From: Trichosphaerium sp. ATCC 40318
Lineage: Eukaryota; Protista; Tubulinea
Assembly (NCBI GenBank): GCA_038496445.1
Contig: JALMLS010000451.1
Span: forward strand, 85,380 to 149,379
DNA length: 64,000 bases
Direction of reading: 5' to 3'
The notes under the pieces: model-generated
Told to the model about the DNA's origin: nothing
Databases searched by the model: none
What the model saw: only the letters and a program-made list of their open reading frames with translations
Position numbers and translations under genes: made by a program
Shown: positions 30,520 to 44,088 of the stretch, one piece after another
How positions within the stretch are numbered: the stretch's first letter is position 1
Layout: every line of letters starts with the position of its first letter

Positions 30520-30948
30520 TACATTTGTAAACCGTGCGCCTTCATAAATGTCCTCTTAGCGCCCTTGTTCACATTTTTGACATTAGCATGAACTACAAAA
30601 AGAGTTATAAAAATAATTCAAAAAAAACGAAAAAGAACGAGTAAATAGAACTTGAGACGTACCAGTATCCGATGTCCCCACAGCAGATTCAAGCATGAGC
30701 ATATCTAATAATTATTAGCTCTATATACCAGTACATGAGGGTGTTTTTGAGGAACACGTACCACGCTCATATTTTGCTGCCTTCATTCTTTGCTTGGCAA
30801 TTTTTTTTTGTGTTTTGTACAATGTTTTGAGTTGCTTTGCGTGATACTTTGCTTCGTATTTATCTTGCTTTGCTTTGTCAATCAAAGGACCCAATTCAGG
30901 TGTAGGTATCCCTTCAGACTTTTCACGCTTTGTGGGTTCCATCGTCAT
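30520..30948 (-). CDS. Small basic hypothetical protein
   Basis: Lys-rich first exon followed by short spliced exons; end approximate. Confidence 0.4.
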
Positions 30949-31157
30949 TTCACTACATGGATTTTTAGTGCTCCTGCAAAGGGACTAAAGCGAAAAAAAA
31001 AACACCCAACTTACACAAAAGGAGTATTAAGTTGCCCTGGGCGAGACCCGCTAAAATCAGACAACGAACGTCTACTTTTCATTTTTTTCAAGTTTCTAGA
31101 AGGGCTATTCTCTCTATCTAATGTCATTAAACCTAGAATAAACACTAAGCTTGATTG

Positions 31158-32025
31158 CTAGACTGTGTAGAGGGGTTTTTTTGGTTTTCTCCTTTGGATC
31201 TCAAATGTACCTGTTTCGGTTCTTGAAGTTTTAAGCATTAATTCTTCTGGTGAAATTTCTAGCGTAGAAGCCGTTATTGGCTTCCCTTTGTATACTTCGG
31301 GATATAGTTCATTATACAATTGGGGCTGAATGTCTGTTTCACTATGAGTTGCTCTGCTTGGGATATCGTTGGTGCTATTTGCTCTTCCAGGTTCTTTTAC
31401 TGATTTTGCTCGTTTTTTGATCGACGAGCCTCTTGCAGCATCCTCTGCTTCGGCTATCCTATTTAATCTGCGTCTCCTCGCAGTTTGTTTTGATGATCTA
31501 GGTCGTCCTGATAATGTTCTTCCTGACGGTGATGATAAGCTAGCGCTGGGTACTACTGCAAAAAAAATTGTTTTGTATTTGTAAATAAAATCGTTTTGGC
31601 TAAACAACTAGAACAGCGAGTGCACGCACTTCTACTAGTTACATTAGAGTCGTCACTGGATCCAGTAGTCCGGAATTCACGTTTACCACGTTTTCTTCTC
31701 GGAGACTTGGAAGAGGACCTCATGGTTGATGCGCGTACTCTTTTTGGCACTAATAAGAAGTTTGAGTAAAAGTATTGTTGTTACAATGTACAGGAGAAAT
31801 ACCTGCTATGAACCGTTTAATTTGACCTGTGTATACATCAGGGACGTCGTTCTCCAGCATGTCGAATTTAACCCCGTCTACATAGGCGAACAATTTGGCA
31901 TTGCGGACACCAAGAGTCTTCTTTAGAGACTCTAAATCGTCAAACGATCCCCTCGGCACCACAATAACTCGTTTATCGCGAGTCTGCGCATCCAACAAAG
32001 TAAGTGATAGCGTAGCTGTAGCCAT
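31158..32025 (-). CDS. Hypothetical protein: possible PB1/Ubl-like N-terminus with a basic low-complexity tail
   Basis: Three exon ORFs (31750-32028, 31553-31750, 31158-31607) in collinear order. Confidence 0.5.
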
Positions 32026-32230
32026 CACCGTATTTCACTACTCAAGCGCTACTATAGCACGTGCGGGCTTCAACCAGAAAAAAAAATAAGTTATCTAAAC
32101 TGCGTTTCCCCTCACTTAATGAGAATCACATCATGCTTCATTATTACGCCATCATACAACCATGTAAGGACAGCACGCATCCAATTATAGAAAAGCCATT
32201 GGCCCTTGAAATACGGCTCGTAATATAATT

Positions 32231-32460
32231 GTAGTATTTGACGTACTATGGGATGAATCTTTAATTAGATTAGCCTTTCAGGGCAGGCATTATTGTTTTC
32301 TCTGGCCTTCCGTGAATGGAAAACAGAGCGATGGTCGGGCTACTCCGGCGCGGAGTATTCTCGGCCTGTGTCCTAAATTCGCAAGAATATGCTTTGTCAC
32401 GTGCATAGTTTCGCGTACAGTACACCTTAATTTTCTGGAGTTCTAGATACCCAAGTAGTT
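32231..32460 (+). ncRNA. Candidate structured ncRNA with an Sm-like site (family unassigned)
   Basis: GC-enriched intergenic block with several stems whose G-U pairs mostly favour the + strand; AATTTTCTGG at 32429-32438. Confidence 0.5.
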
Positions 32461-32492
32461 TATCATAAATGTTGTGGGAAAGTTCAACTTTA

Positions 32493-33570
32493 TTAAAAGT
32501 CTAGATTTTCACGCAAAAAGGGGTAAGATACATTTTTTTTGTTTGTAAAAATAAAAGAGCTGGTGTGAGTAACTCACTGTAACGCTCAATCGTCAAAGTT
32601 GACATCTATTTCAACTACTTCTACCTCTGGTAATTTATCAGCGCCATTTGCAGTACCTACACGCTGTCAAAAAACAAAGTTGTAATTACCACTTACCATT
32701 GGCCGCTGGCTGTTTAGGTGCAGGTTTTGTATTGACTGGCTCAGTAGGAGCCTTGGAGGGTGGTTCTGGCTATGGATTAGTGTCATACGGCATGTCATGA
32801 TACATACCAGAACCACCTGAAGGTGGAGGAGGAGTGGAGGCATCAGCAGCGCTCACTTCATCGAATTGAGGACCCTTGAAAGTGGAGATATGTTTTGCTT
32901 GTTTTGCAAATACGGAAAGGCCACTCAGTACCTACATTTGGTCAAAAACCATTACTTGTATGGGGTAAGCGTAGTGTTAAGTGGATGTTAGTGGAGTGTT
33001 AAATCTACTTACAGCATTCATGTTTTTGGCTTCAAAAAGGTCAACTGTCCTGCTCGTTGTTAGCGGTTGTAGGAATAATGACGTGTAATGTACATAAACA
33101 TAGATCGATCACGTAGGCCCAATCTGCCACATCCCTTCAAAAAGTGATTTATATTTTCCTACGCGTCCAAGATAAGCTGGGTGACTATGAAACTGATAGT
33201 ACCATCTTTTGAAAAGGAGCGCGAGGCTTTTTGTGATAGCGGCGTATAACGCTTGGGCGAATTTTGTTGATAACCCTAAAATGGTGTTTTTAGTGCATCT
33301 TCACAACAGTACGAACCTGACAAGTATAACGCCATCTTGAAGTGAAGAATGAAAATCAGACGGAAACTTATAGCCTACAACTCGTTCCATCCACGCCTGT
33401 AAGTGCTTTTCTAGCTCCCTATGCGCCTTAGTCACTAATTTGCCATTATTGGTACACATACTTGTCATAATTAGCCAGTTGCTTGTCTTTGACATCTTTA
33501 GATAACCCTATACAGTATTAGTGCGTTACAGACTATCTAACAAACCGTAATTTGGTCCGTGTGTTGCCAT
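32493..33570 (-). CDS. Calponin-homology domain protein (transgelin/MP20-like)
   Basis: GPNYGLSKDV, FHSSLQDGVILV, ENINHFLKGC, FMTVDLFEAKNMNAV; Pro-rich tail. Confidence 0.88.
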
Positions 33571-33732
33571 TTTCTTCGCTTAATCGTGTAATATCTTTGT
33601 ACAGAACCCGTTTGTTATTTACTACTGTTTTGTTTGCCCAAATATGACTTAATTGCCTCAAGTAAAAACGTTAAAAATCGTTGACGGCTTTAATAATAAC
33701 CCGTTTATTATACACTTTGTTCATTTATTACA

Positions 33733-36700
33733 ATGTCAAGTGAAGAAACAGCGTCGGGCGAAGACCTGAGTAGCATAAAGGTACCAACAGACACCGCCCA
33801 GGACACAGAAGAACCAACGGACGCTATTGAGGATACCGAAGATGAACAGTCTGAAACAGAGGATGAACAAAGTGATACCGACAGTGTTAATGCTGACGAC
33901 GATGAAGACGATGAATCTGATGACGACGGTTACGAAGAGCCCATAATTACACCACGAACTACAATTGACAGCGAGAAGCCGGATAAAAAAGAAGCTGATA
34001 GCCATTTGCTCTCTGCTCACTATAGTACGCTTAAAAACAGCTTATTACAAGTTGTCTAAAAAAAAACCAATTTAGATGCCAGTTATATGGACCCAGATGA
34101 ACCTCAGCCTTCTCGAGCGTTCTACGACGAAACAATTTACGTAAGTGATTGGCGAAAACGTCAAAAATGACACCTGTTAGATTGAACGCCCAGGGCTCGT
34201 TTCTTTGTTTGATACAAAATCGAAAGACGACGAAACAGACGGCGAAGAACTGGACGATATGGAGGTACTAAGAAAATGCTAGTATTGTTTACTCATTGTA
34301 CAAAGTCTGGTATCAAGACTGCGAAAGCGAAGGACACAGAGGATTCACCACCACAAAAGAAAGGCTCAAAATTTGGCACATGGGATGGCGTATTTGTACG
34401 CGTTTATTTTAGAAAGAGCACGCGATTGTTAACGTCATTGTTAGGCGTCCTGTTTGCTCAATATCTTTGGCGTTATTATGTTCATTAGGCTTGGTTGGGT
34501 AGTTGGACAGGCCGGAATTCTTCAAGCGACCATTATCATCTTACTCTCTACCGTTGTTACTACAGTACGACCACAAAGGTTTTTTTTTCACCTGAAGATC
34601 TCACCTTAAAAAAAGATCACAACCCTTTCGATGAGTGCTATTAGTACAAATGGTGAAATCAAAGGAGGTGGACCATATTACTTAATTTCTCGATCTCTTG
34701 GCCCACAATTTGGTGGTGCTATCGGCATGCTGATTTCGGTACTTTGAATAACTTACACCGCTGTTTGTTAATTATAATAGATTGGCCAAGCAATTGCTGT
34801 GGCATTGTACCTGGTTGGTTTCGCCGAAACCTTAACGCAAGTAATGCGTGACGACTTGGTATGCAAAGCGTTTGCACACGTGGGTACCTAACTTTGCAAT
34901 AGAACTTCAAGCTCACTGCAATTGAATTATGGGATGTTCGCTTGTACGGTCTTGGCGCTGAAGTAATTCTCATGATTATGGCAATCATTGGCGTAGGATG
35001 GGTCATAAAGGTAATTTAAAGGAGAAAATGTTTTACCTAACACTTGTTGGAGGTACAATTAGGATTACTAGTAGTGCTTGTACTTGCTATTTTTTCGATC
35101 ATGATTGGTTCATTCTTATTTACCACACCTGACACAGGTACCTCTAATATCACGAATGTACTCGCTTACTTTATAAAGGATTTGTTGGTTGGGGTAATAA
35201 TCAATTTACAACAAATTTCGGGTATGTAATTGGGTAATACTTTGTCGTCTCATACAACATCTAGGTCAGGATACACCGATGGAGAATCATTCTTTTCTGT
35301 TTTCGCTGTTTTCTTTCCAGCTGTAACAGGTATCTTGGCTGGTGTGAATATCTCTGGAGACCTAAAAGATCCGGCAACAAACATCCCAACAGGAACACTC
35401 AGTGCAATTGGTGTATCAACCGTTGGGTATGATTTTCAAGCACTACATTGTACACTTACACTATATAGATATATTGTGCTTGCATTCTTTGCTGGTATCT
35501 CTGTAGAACGTGAAGTATCTCCTGGCCGTGGCGGGTTAATAAATGATTTTCTAATCTTTAGAGAAGTGTCTTTGTGGGGACCACTCATTTTAATTGGTAG
35601 GATACTCTTTCCGTTCTGACAAAGACTCACACTTTGTAGGTATTTTTGCTGCTACGCTTTCATCCGCATTAGCATCACTTGTGGGTGCACCTAGAATATT
35701 CCAAGTACGTGCAACCAAAACAAGCTGCGCTGACCACTCGCTTAGGCTGTTTGCAAAGACAAACTTTTCCCAAAGCCATTTAAAGTATTTGCTGCTGGTC
35801 GTGGTGCTCTTGACGAACCTATCCGCGGTTATTTCCTTACGTTTGTTATTGCATCTTTATGTGTACTCATTGGTACGTGTATCACTCGGAAAGGGTTCTA
35901 GCTAACAACATTGCAGGCGACTTGAATCTAATCGCACCTATCATTTCCATGTTCTTTATGATCACTTATGCATTGATCAACTTTGCTTGTTTCGCTGCAA
36001 GTATGGTTGAGACTCCAGGTTGGAGACCTCGTTTCAGTTTCTACAATCCTTGGGTATCCCTACTGGGAGCTGCTCTATGCATAGCTGCCATGTTCCTTAT
36101 TTCATGGTACGTTAATGATAGCTTAGAATGCCTCCTAATATATGTAGGTGGAACGCGTTGATAGCTATAATTGTCGGCGGGTTACTGTACTTATACATTT
36201 GGAAAAAGAAACCTGATGTATCATGGGGTCCAGCTGGAGATGCCTTCCTAACTTCTCAGACTATTCAAAATCTCTACAGCCTCCGCAAAAAGAAGTCTCA
36301 TGTCAAAAATTACAGGTACCACAACGTTAGTGTTTACATTTTTCTTACAATTTTTAGGCCACATTACTTGATCATGACAGGTCCAATAAAGGAACATGTA
36401 GAATTAATGGAGTTCAGTAGATTCTTAACAAAAGGCAAAGGTCTCAATCTATTTATTAACGTCACCCTTGGAGACTACTCTGACGATAAGAAAAAGTTCT
36501 TAAAAGAGCGTGGTGATGGATATTTGGCCAGTAAAAGTGTACTTCATCTTTTTAGTCTTTAAAATTATTGACGCACATACAAGATAAAAGGATTCCGTGA
36601 TGTCGTTGTAGCACCATCTTTCCGTGCAGGTGCCTTAAGTGCTATGCAAAATGGTGGACTTGGCAGCTTGAGACCAAACGCACTTGTACTAGGTATGTAT

Positions 36701-37595
36701 CAATTGTAATAACGTGTTAGTTAAAAACGAATTAGGATGGAAGTACAATTGGCGTAAAGCAAGCAAACAAGAACGTGATGAGTACGCAGATGTTGTACGG
36801 GACGCTTTTGGCCTGAACATGTCCGTTATTATCCCTAAAGTGAAGGAAATGGATTTTACAGTTAAGCAGAAAAAAGGACGTATTGATGTGTGGTGGCTTA
36901 TTGGTATGCATCTTACTCTATTCGTTACAAAGTCGGTTTATCGCTGACCCTTTCTGTAGCTGATGGTGGGTTTACTGTATTCGTTCCTTACCTAATGGCA
37001 CAGAAGAAGTGGTTTGCAGGCTCGAAATTGCGTGTTATTATTGTGCCTAACGATTCAGCACAAATTTCAAAAGAACTTCTTTCCATGACACTTCTACTGA
37101 AGAAAATGCGTATAGACTGTGAAGTTGAACCTGTTAGCGTATGTTCAGTTGCCTGATCAATATGTGAACTCAGTTTTTTATGTAGGTTGATGCTTCAAGA
37201 GAACAAGACGCAAAGATGCGAGCATACATCAAAAAGAAGAAACTGAAGTTTGACCCAAAACAAAAAGAAAGGGTGAGTTTACAACAATGACATTTCTTCT
37301 TCTTCCCAGTTTAAACACGAACCGTTACTTACAATAAATACAATAGACAATACGTTATTGGAGACTGAGTCAACTCCTTCAAGAGCACTCATCAGATGCG
37401 TCAATGGTATTTTGTACAATTCCTTTCCCTCGTGCCACTATTCCATCAAGAACGTGGCTTGGATGGTACGTCATGTGCTATTACATTTGTTTATACTAAA
37501 CACTACAATTTAGGATAAGCATGCTTTCTGAGCAGTTACCACCTATTGTATTCTTAAGAGGAAACCAAGAGAATGTATTTACTATTTACTTGTAA
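33733..37595 (+). CDS. SLC12 cation-chloride cotransporter (NKCC/CCC-like)
   Basis: [97 protein letters not shown]. Confidence 0.95.
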
Positions 37596-37877
37596 CGTGG
37601 AATAAATACTCTGTCACTTGCATTTCAAATCTTTGCGTTTTTGCAATTTGTGTACTCTCACGTGGCATAAACAAACCAAGCAAATACAAAATGCCAAAGG
37701 CGTTTGTTATACGATAGTTTAAAAAGCAACAAGTTGCACGCCCAAGCCTTAACTCAGAGACCCTGCTTAATTTTTCGTCAAGTCCTTTTTTTTTAAGTCC
37801 TGAGATTAATACAGCGATATTGGTACGTTTGGTGGTGTTTTGAGTGGTTATCTCACTAATCGAAGTAGAAGAAGCAG

Positions 37878-39063
37878 ATGGCAAACTATTTTAGAGATCT
37901 CGGTAAAAAGCCTCAAGGTACGCGTATTAATGGTTTCTTGTACTAAAATGTTTCGTAGACTTGTTTAAAAAGAACTTTCCAGTCGATGGAACCAGTTTTG
38001 AGGTTACCACCAAAACTGACGGCAAAGTCGTACGTACAAATAATTAAGGCAAAAATTTCAAAACAGCTCATCTGGCGCGAAATAGGACTTCAAAGCAGTT
38101 GGCAGAAGAGTTGCTAAGGATAACGCTGTAAGCGCTGACCTCGAGCTCTCCAAAAAATTTTCTGAACACGGCATTCAAGTGAAAGGATCCGCAAAAACAG
38201 TAAAAGAATTTGTTGGTGAGCATTGAATACCGAGCAAACGTTTTTTAACGATAAACAACAGGTGAAGTCAATTGTCAACCAAAGGCAGTCAAAGACCTCA
38301 AACTTATCGTAAAGGCCGAGCACAAGAAACAAGCTCTCGGAATTAAAGTCGCTGCTGAGTACAAACACGAAGTTGCCTCTATCCACACCGAAGCTTCATT
38401 GTCTCCATCTAAGGGACAACACAACTTCTACGCTGGTATTGCTTTCGCCTACGAAGCCTTTACTTTGGGTTTGGACGGTAACTACAAATTCGGTAAAAAA
38501 AGCGCTCCAGGTATGTTGAATATTGTTGTTGGACCTTTTGTAACCCTTTCATAAGGTAACTACGGTGCCAAGCTCGACTACAGCGCAAAATCGTGGTCTG
38601 TAACCGGTTTCGGGTACTTTCAGTCTTAGTGTACTTTTTCTTGCTCACTTTACTTCTTTTAGTCGCCACGAATTGGCCAAAGACGAAAGTGCCAAAGATA
38701 AAGATGTTGTCGGACTTAACTTCTTGCACAAACACTCTGACGCCATCCACGTCGCTGCTGAAGTTGAAGCTAATGTAGCTGACAACCAATTGCCTGTTGC
38801 CGTTAAATTCGGTGGAAAATACGACTTGGAAGATGACTCCACCATTTACGCCAAGTTTGTATCCTCTGGAAGGTGAGTGCTTGTTACCGCAGTTATTTGG
38901 CCTTTTTTACACCAGAAAACTTTTTGCTTATTTTTTGTACAGATTCGCTGTCTCATGGGACCAACAAGTGCGCAAGAACCTTAAGATGATCCTTGCTGCT
39001 GATGTAAGCTTGACTGATGAATCACACAAATACGGCTGTGGCTTCAAATTCTCAACTGAATAA
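37878..39063 (+). CDS. Mitochondrial porin (VDAC-like beta-barrel)
   Basis: YFRDLGKKPQDLFKK N-terminal helix, alternating beta-strands, C-terminal HKYGCGFKFS beta-signal. Confidence 0.85.
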
Positions 39064-39334
39064 ATTGCTCTCAAACGTGAAATTTCACTTGCCATTTACG
39101 TTACGTGTGTATGCAATTTACTAATAAACGCCTTCTTATTATTAAATCTATTGTTGTCATGTAAACTATTGATCAATTTGAAATTTCGTTAAACCTTTAG
39201 CGTTGCAACTGTTTAATTCCTCTTGGAACAAAAAAAAAGGCAGCCGAGGCTGTTTTTAGAAAAGGTAATACAAACTTACGACTGTATCTATTAAAGTCAT
39301 ACATTTACTTATTTAATAGTACATTACGCTATTT

Positions 39335-41981
39335 ACAGTGGTAATTTACAAGTGACTGCGTAGTTTATGGAAATCGTGCATAGTTGGTGGCGGCAAAATC
39401 GCGTTCTACTTCCTTAGTTTTCAAATAAGTTATCGTCTTTGCAAAAAAGCCTTTATCGCTGCTAGATGAGAAGTTGTTTTGGTTTTCTGTGGGTATAAAT
39501 TAGTAATCGTTGTAAATAGGGAATTCTGCGCTGCAAATTGCACTTCAAAGAAATACATACCAGTTATGTTAAAACCATCAGTGGAGGTTTTATTTGCGTC
39601 CCAGCCCTGGCGAGAAAAGGTAAAGAGGCCCCAGCTTTGGTTTGATGTGTTATCCATTGTTGTTATTGAGGTGTTGTTGTTGTAGCTGTGTAGAATCTAA
39701 AATAATGAAACTGTGAACAACTAACTGATCCCATGAACGTTATGGACGATATGATTTTGCGAAGAATTACTTCGGTTTTTGATTTTTTAAACCTTCGCTT
39801 AGCCCAATTTCGATTAAAGTAATACTAAAAAATGGAGTTGTTTTGCGTAGTTTTAGTTTATTTACACTGTAGGCTTATTTCTTCTTTGGTTTTACGCCTT
39901 TACTTGGGTCATTAGGATCTTTCAAAGCTGCGTACAACTCCGGTAGTATGTTATCTAAGTACCTACGCAAATCAGTTAAACAAACCACAGAAAATAATGA
40001 ATTTCTCCTCCACAAAGAAATTTCGCTAATCGTACCAACTAAATGGCTTACAACCCAATTCTTTTTTCAATTTCAATCTCTCTGTTATGTCTCCTACGAC
40101 AAAGAAAATTAGTATGTATTCCCAAAACTGCAAGTTTCAGAAAAGTTTTTTTATCATAAACATGCGAAATAAATGCGTTCTTTTCATTTAAAAATACTTT
40201 GTAGTTATTTATTAAATCTAGTTATACGCACCTGGAGATTTTTTGCGAGCGTGAGGGTATTGCGAGTAATAAACTTCCTTGTACTCGTCCAACCAAACTT
40301 CTGCAATCCTCATTTTATTCTTATCAAGCGATTTAGCTTGTCCACCTTTATTTTAGTTAGCACGGAATTTAAAACGTCTACTCGGACCTGGAAAATCGTA
40401 TGGGAATCCTCCTGATCTGAAAATATGACCAACATGCGAGCATGGTACTACTACTAGGGTACCTGCGGAGTGTGAGGTTAAAAAAGGTAACATACTAAAT
40501 CTACCTCCACAAAGCCAGATTCTCAGAGAAAGTTCAACATTCTCAGCTCCCCAAATGTCCATCTCTCTGTCGAATTCACCAATAATCTTCCAATACTTTG
40601 CTGACGCAGCGAAAAGGCCACCAGGCATAGCAGGCGAAATCTTGAGATCAGTAGGGGATCTAACGCATGTGAGTGCTTTTTTTTCCAGTAAAGAAGTCCA
40701 CAAGAAAACATTGCTATGCTTGCTCCCTTACCTGTTTTTACTTTGTTCATTGGATAGATACTTCCACGTAAACCCTAAATGCCAACCGAAACCACCAATA
40801 ACAGTGCTGCCAGATGACACATAAGCATAAGGTTTTTTATCGGAGATAGAGTCAATCTAGGTACATTGAAATAAGCAATTAATAAGTAAAGAAAGCGCGA
40901 ACCTCAGGTACTACTATGTAGGTAGGGTCATTTTTTATTGTCTGTGCAATTGGCTCATACCAACCGACATTCGCTTCAATATGACAATCAAAAAATACGA
41001 GTATAGGACTGTCACATTCGTAAGAGCCATACACTAACGTCGATTAGGACATTCAGACAATACTCATTTTTAATCAAACGCTAGGATACTGTACATATTA
41101 AACAACGCGATTACGTACTTCTAGATCGAATTAAGCCTTCCCTCTTAGAATTCTTAATGTAAACAGTTTTAGGAAATTTGTTTTCAAAGTGACCTGTCAG
41201 GTTTTCAGGATTATTGTCATCTACGAGCACTAATAACATAAAACTGTCAGAAAAAACGAAGGTCGCAACAAACTAACCAATCCTATCAAGTAGATGCGCT
41301 GGAGTACGCTCAAGTAATGTCTTGACACTATTTTCTAGTATATGCAACTTTTCTGTACGAAACGGCATAATAACGCAGGCGGTAGGCAAATCCTATTAAA
41401 TCAGTTGGTACATAATTAAAAAAATGTACTCTGAGTACCCAATCAAAGCGTTGTTTTCTACAGAGCTCATTCCTTGCATCTGGTAAATCACGTGTCTTGT
41501 AAAGGTGATGAGGGAATGTATTGTTGTAGTTTGAGTTTGGACCATCGTTCTTCTGACCACCCTCGTATCGCGGAGGTTGCCGATTCAAAATGTTTGTGAC
41601 CTACTACGTTGCAAATAAAACAATCATAAATTGTTGTGGTACCTTTAAAAGCTCTTGTCTAGCGTTACCAAAATCTATTTTGCGAGATGCTTGTTTTTTG
41701 CCCGCATGTTGTTGTATGCTCTCTATTTTTTGTTCTAATCGCGTAACCTACTAATGGTCATTGTTATTTACGACGTCGGCGCGTACAGCTTCATTTGCTT
41801 GTTTTAATTCAACGGTGTCATGAAAAACCGGTTTTGAAGCAATAGCGAGCTGCTGTAGTTGTAGGTCTTTGTGAGATAAAAAGAAATACAAATAGCCCGT
41901 TACTATGAGTGTAAAAAATGCTACAAGACCCAAGAGTTCTTTGACTGTCAAGTGGTGATTCGTTGCCGCGTTTGCGCGCAT
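39335..41981 (-). CDS. GT27 polypeptide GalNAc-transferase-like, type II membrane, no ricin lectin domain seen
   Basis: N-terminal TM; [16 protein letters not shown] (DxH), [56 protein letters not shown]. The 3' end is uncertain (39863 or about 39335). Confidence 0.85.
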
Positions 41982-42170
41982 TGTGACACGAATTGTCAAC
42001 AATTTGGTTTGATTATTTTGCAAACTAACGTTCAGAGCCGCGCCACGTTGTAAATAGCGTTGCTAGTAGTTGCTAGCAACCCAGATAGTTTTAACTTAGT
42101 ACCGCGGTTTTTTATCGCGACAAAAAAAGTCAATATGAGTAGACTATTTTTTTAGGCAACTATCAGCATC

Positions 42171-43921
42171 ATGTCTCATCGTAAATTTAGTGGTGCGTAT
42201 CTAGCCTTATATATTTGCCGCCACATTGGCGCCTTTTAATGTATATTATGTATTTCCTTCTAACTTCTTCATTTTAGCTCCGAGACACGGTTCTCTCGCT
42301 TTCCTCCCAAGAAAAAGATCGTGCACCTTCAGAGGAAGAAGTACGTTTTACTTTTTTTCTCAATCTTCTACGCTCGAATATATCGCCAATAAGCACTAAA
42401 TACGCATACTCACGCTATAATAGTTCGCGCATACCCAAAGGATGATCCATCCCAACCACCTCACCTCACAGCTTTCACTGGCTACAAAGCGGGGTGCACT
42501 CACATATTACGCGAAGTAAACCGTTTGGGTTCTTGTACGTCAATTAGCAATTAATAACACTATTGGCGACCAAATACTCACAAATTGCAGCCCTTAACAA
42601 AAAGGAAGTCGTCGAGTGTGTTACCATCATCGAAACTGCACCTATGATTGGTATCGGTATCGCTGGTTACGTTGAGACCACAACCGGCCTTCGCTGTTTG
42701 ACTACCGTCTGGACCGCTAACATGTCTGATGACGTACGACACGACTATTTGTAAGCCCATCGCTAATATTTTCTTCAGGCCAAGCGTAGATTTTACAAAC
42801 GCTGGTACAGATCAAAGAAAAAGGCTTTCACAAGATACGCCAAGACTGTCGCTCACTCAGAGGAAGGAAACATCAAGAAGAACCTCGAGAGAATCGCCAA
42901 ATACTGTAAGGTCGTCCGTCTTATCTGCCACACCCAGCCACGTCTTGTCACACTCAACAAGGGTGTACAAAAGAAGGCACACATTCAAGAAATTCAGGTA
43001 TGTGTAAAATTCATTTTTTTCAACTCGGCAAAACCTTTTTTCCACAAAGTGCTTTTTGCCTTGTTTACTTAGTTACCTTTGATTTTTTGACTAATGAAAT
43101 TGTGTTTTATAGATCAACGGTGGTAGAACTGTCCAAGAAAAAATCGACTACGCCAAAAAATTTTTCGAACAACCAATCCCAATTACCGAGTGCTTTCAAG
43201 AGCAGGACGTTATTGACACCATTGGAGTCACAACCGGTAAAGGTTTCAAGGGCGTAATTTCCAGATGGGGCGTTGCCCGATTACCTCGTAAAACACACAA
43301 AGGTTTGCGTAAGGTCGCTTGTATTGGATCTTGGCATCCTGCAAACGTACAGTACTCTGTTGCTCGTGCTGGTCAAAAGGGTTTCCACCACCGTGTTGAG
43401 AAGGGTAAGAAGATCTACAAGATTGGTGATGGTAAAGACAAAAACTCTGCCACAACAAAATTCGATATCACCGAAAAGGGGTACGTTTGTCTTTTGCCTA
43501 GAACTTTCTTTTTTCTCTTTTATTTACTCATTTAATAGTATTACCCCAATGGGTGGCTTCCGTAGATGGGGTGCCATTGACAACCAATTTGTCATGATTA
43601 AGGGTTCTTGCCAAGGTTCGTTTTTTTTCTGTTCACTTTTTTTTTTTTTGGAATAATTCTTATACTCACGTTTCTATTTCAGGTACACCTGGTCGTCCAA
43701 TCACATTGAGAAAGACATTGCTCCCACACGTTTCTCGCGCTCACCAAGAACAAGTTGTGCTCAAATTCATCGACACATCGTCCAAAGTTGGTCATGGTCA
43801 CTTCCAAACCACAGCCGAAAAGAACAAATGGTATGGTTCCACCAAGAAATACAGAGCTATCCAAGCCAACAAGGTTGCTCGCAAACTCGCCGAGGAAGAG
43901 GCTGTTGCTGCTACCCAGTAA
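42171..43921 (+). CDS. RPL3: 60S ribosomal protein L3 (uL3), 7 introns
   Basis: [66 protein letters not shown]. Confidence 0.98.
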
Positions 43922-44088
43922 AAATAAATACAAATTTCTCAAAACAAAAAGACTTGTTTGTTGTACAACCACGCAATCACTTTCTATTGTAATAATTTGT
44001 GGTTTGTGGCATCAACTGCCGATCGTTCTTCTCTGATCAAGAAATGAGATGACTCACATAATCGCTAGCGCGTATTCCATTACACGTC

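Noticed and set aside
32231-32460. Assignment as U3, RNase P/MRP, SRP or telomerase RNA
   Set aside because: GACGTACT and CTTTCAGGG resemble U3 but boxes A, C and D are absent; no P4-forming CR-I/CR-V pair, SRP helix-8 loop or CCCTAA template.
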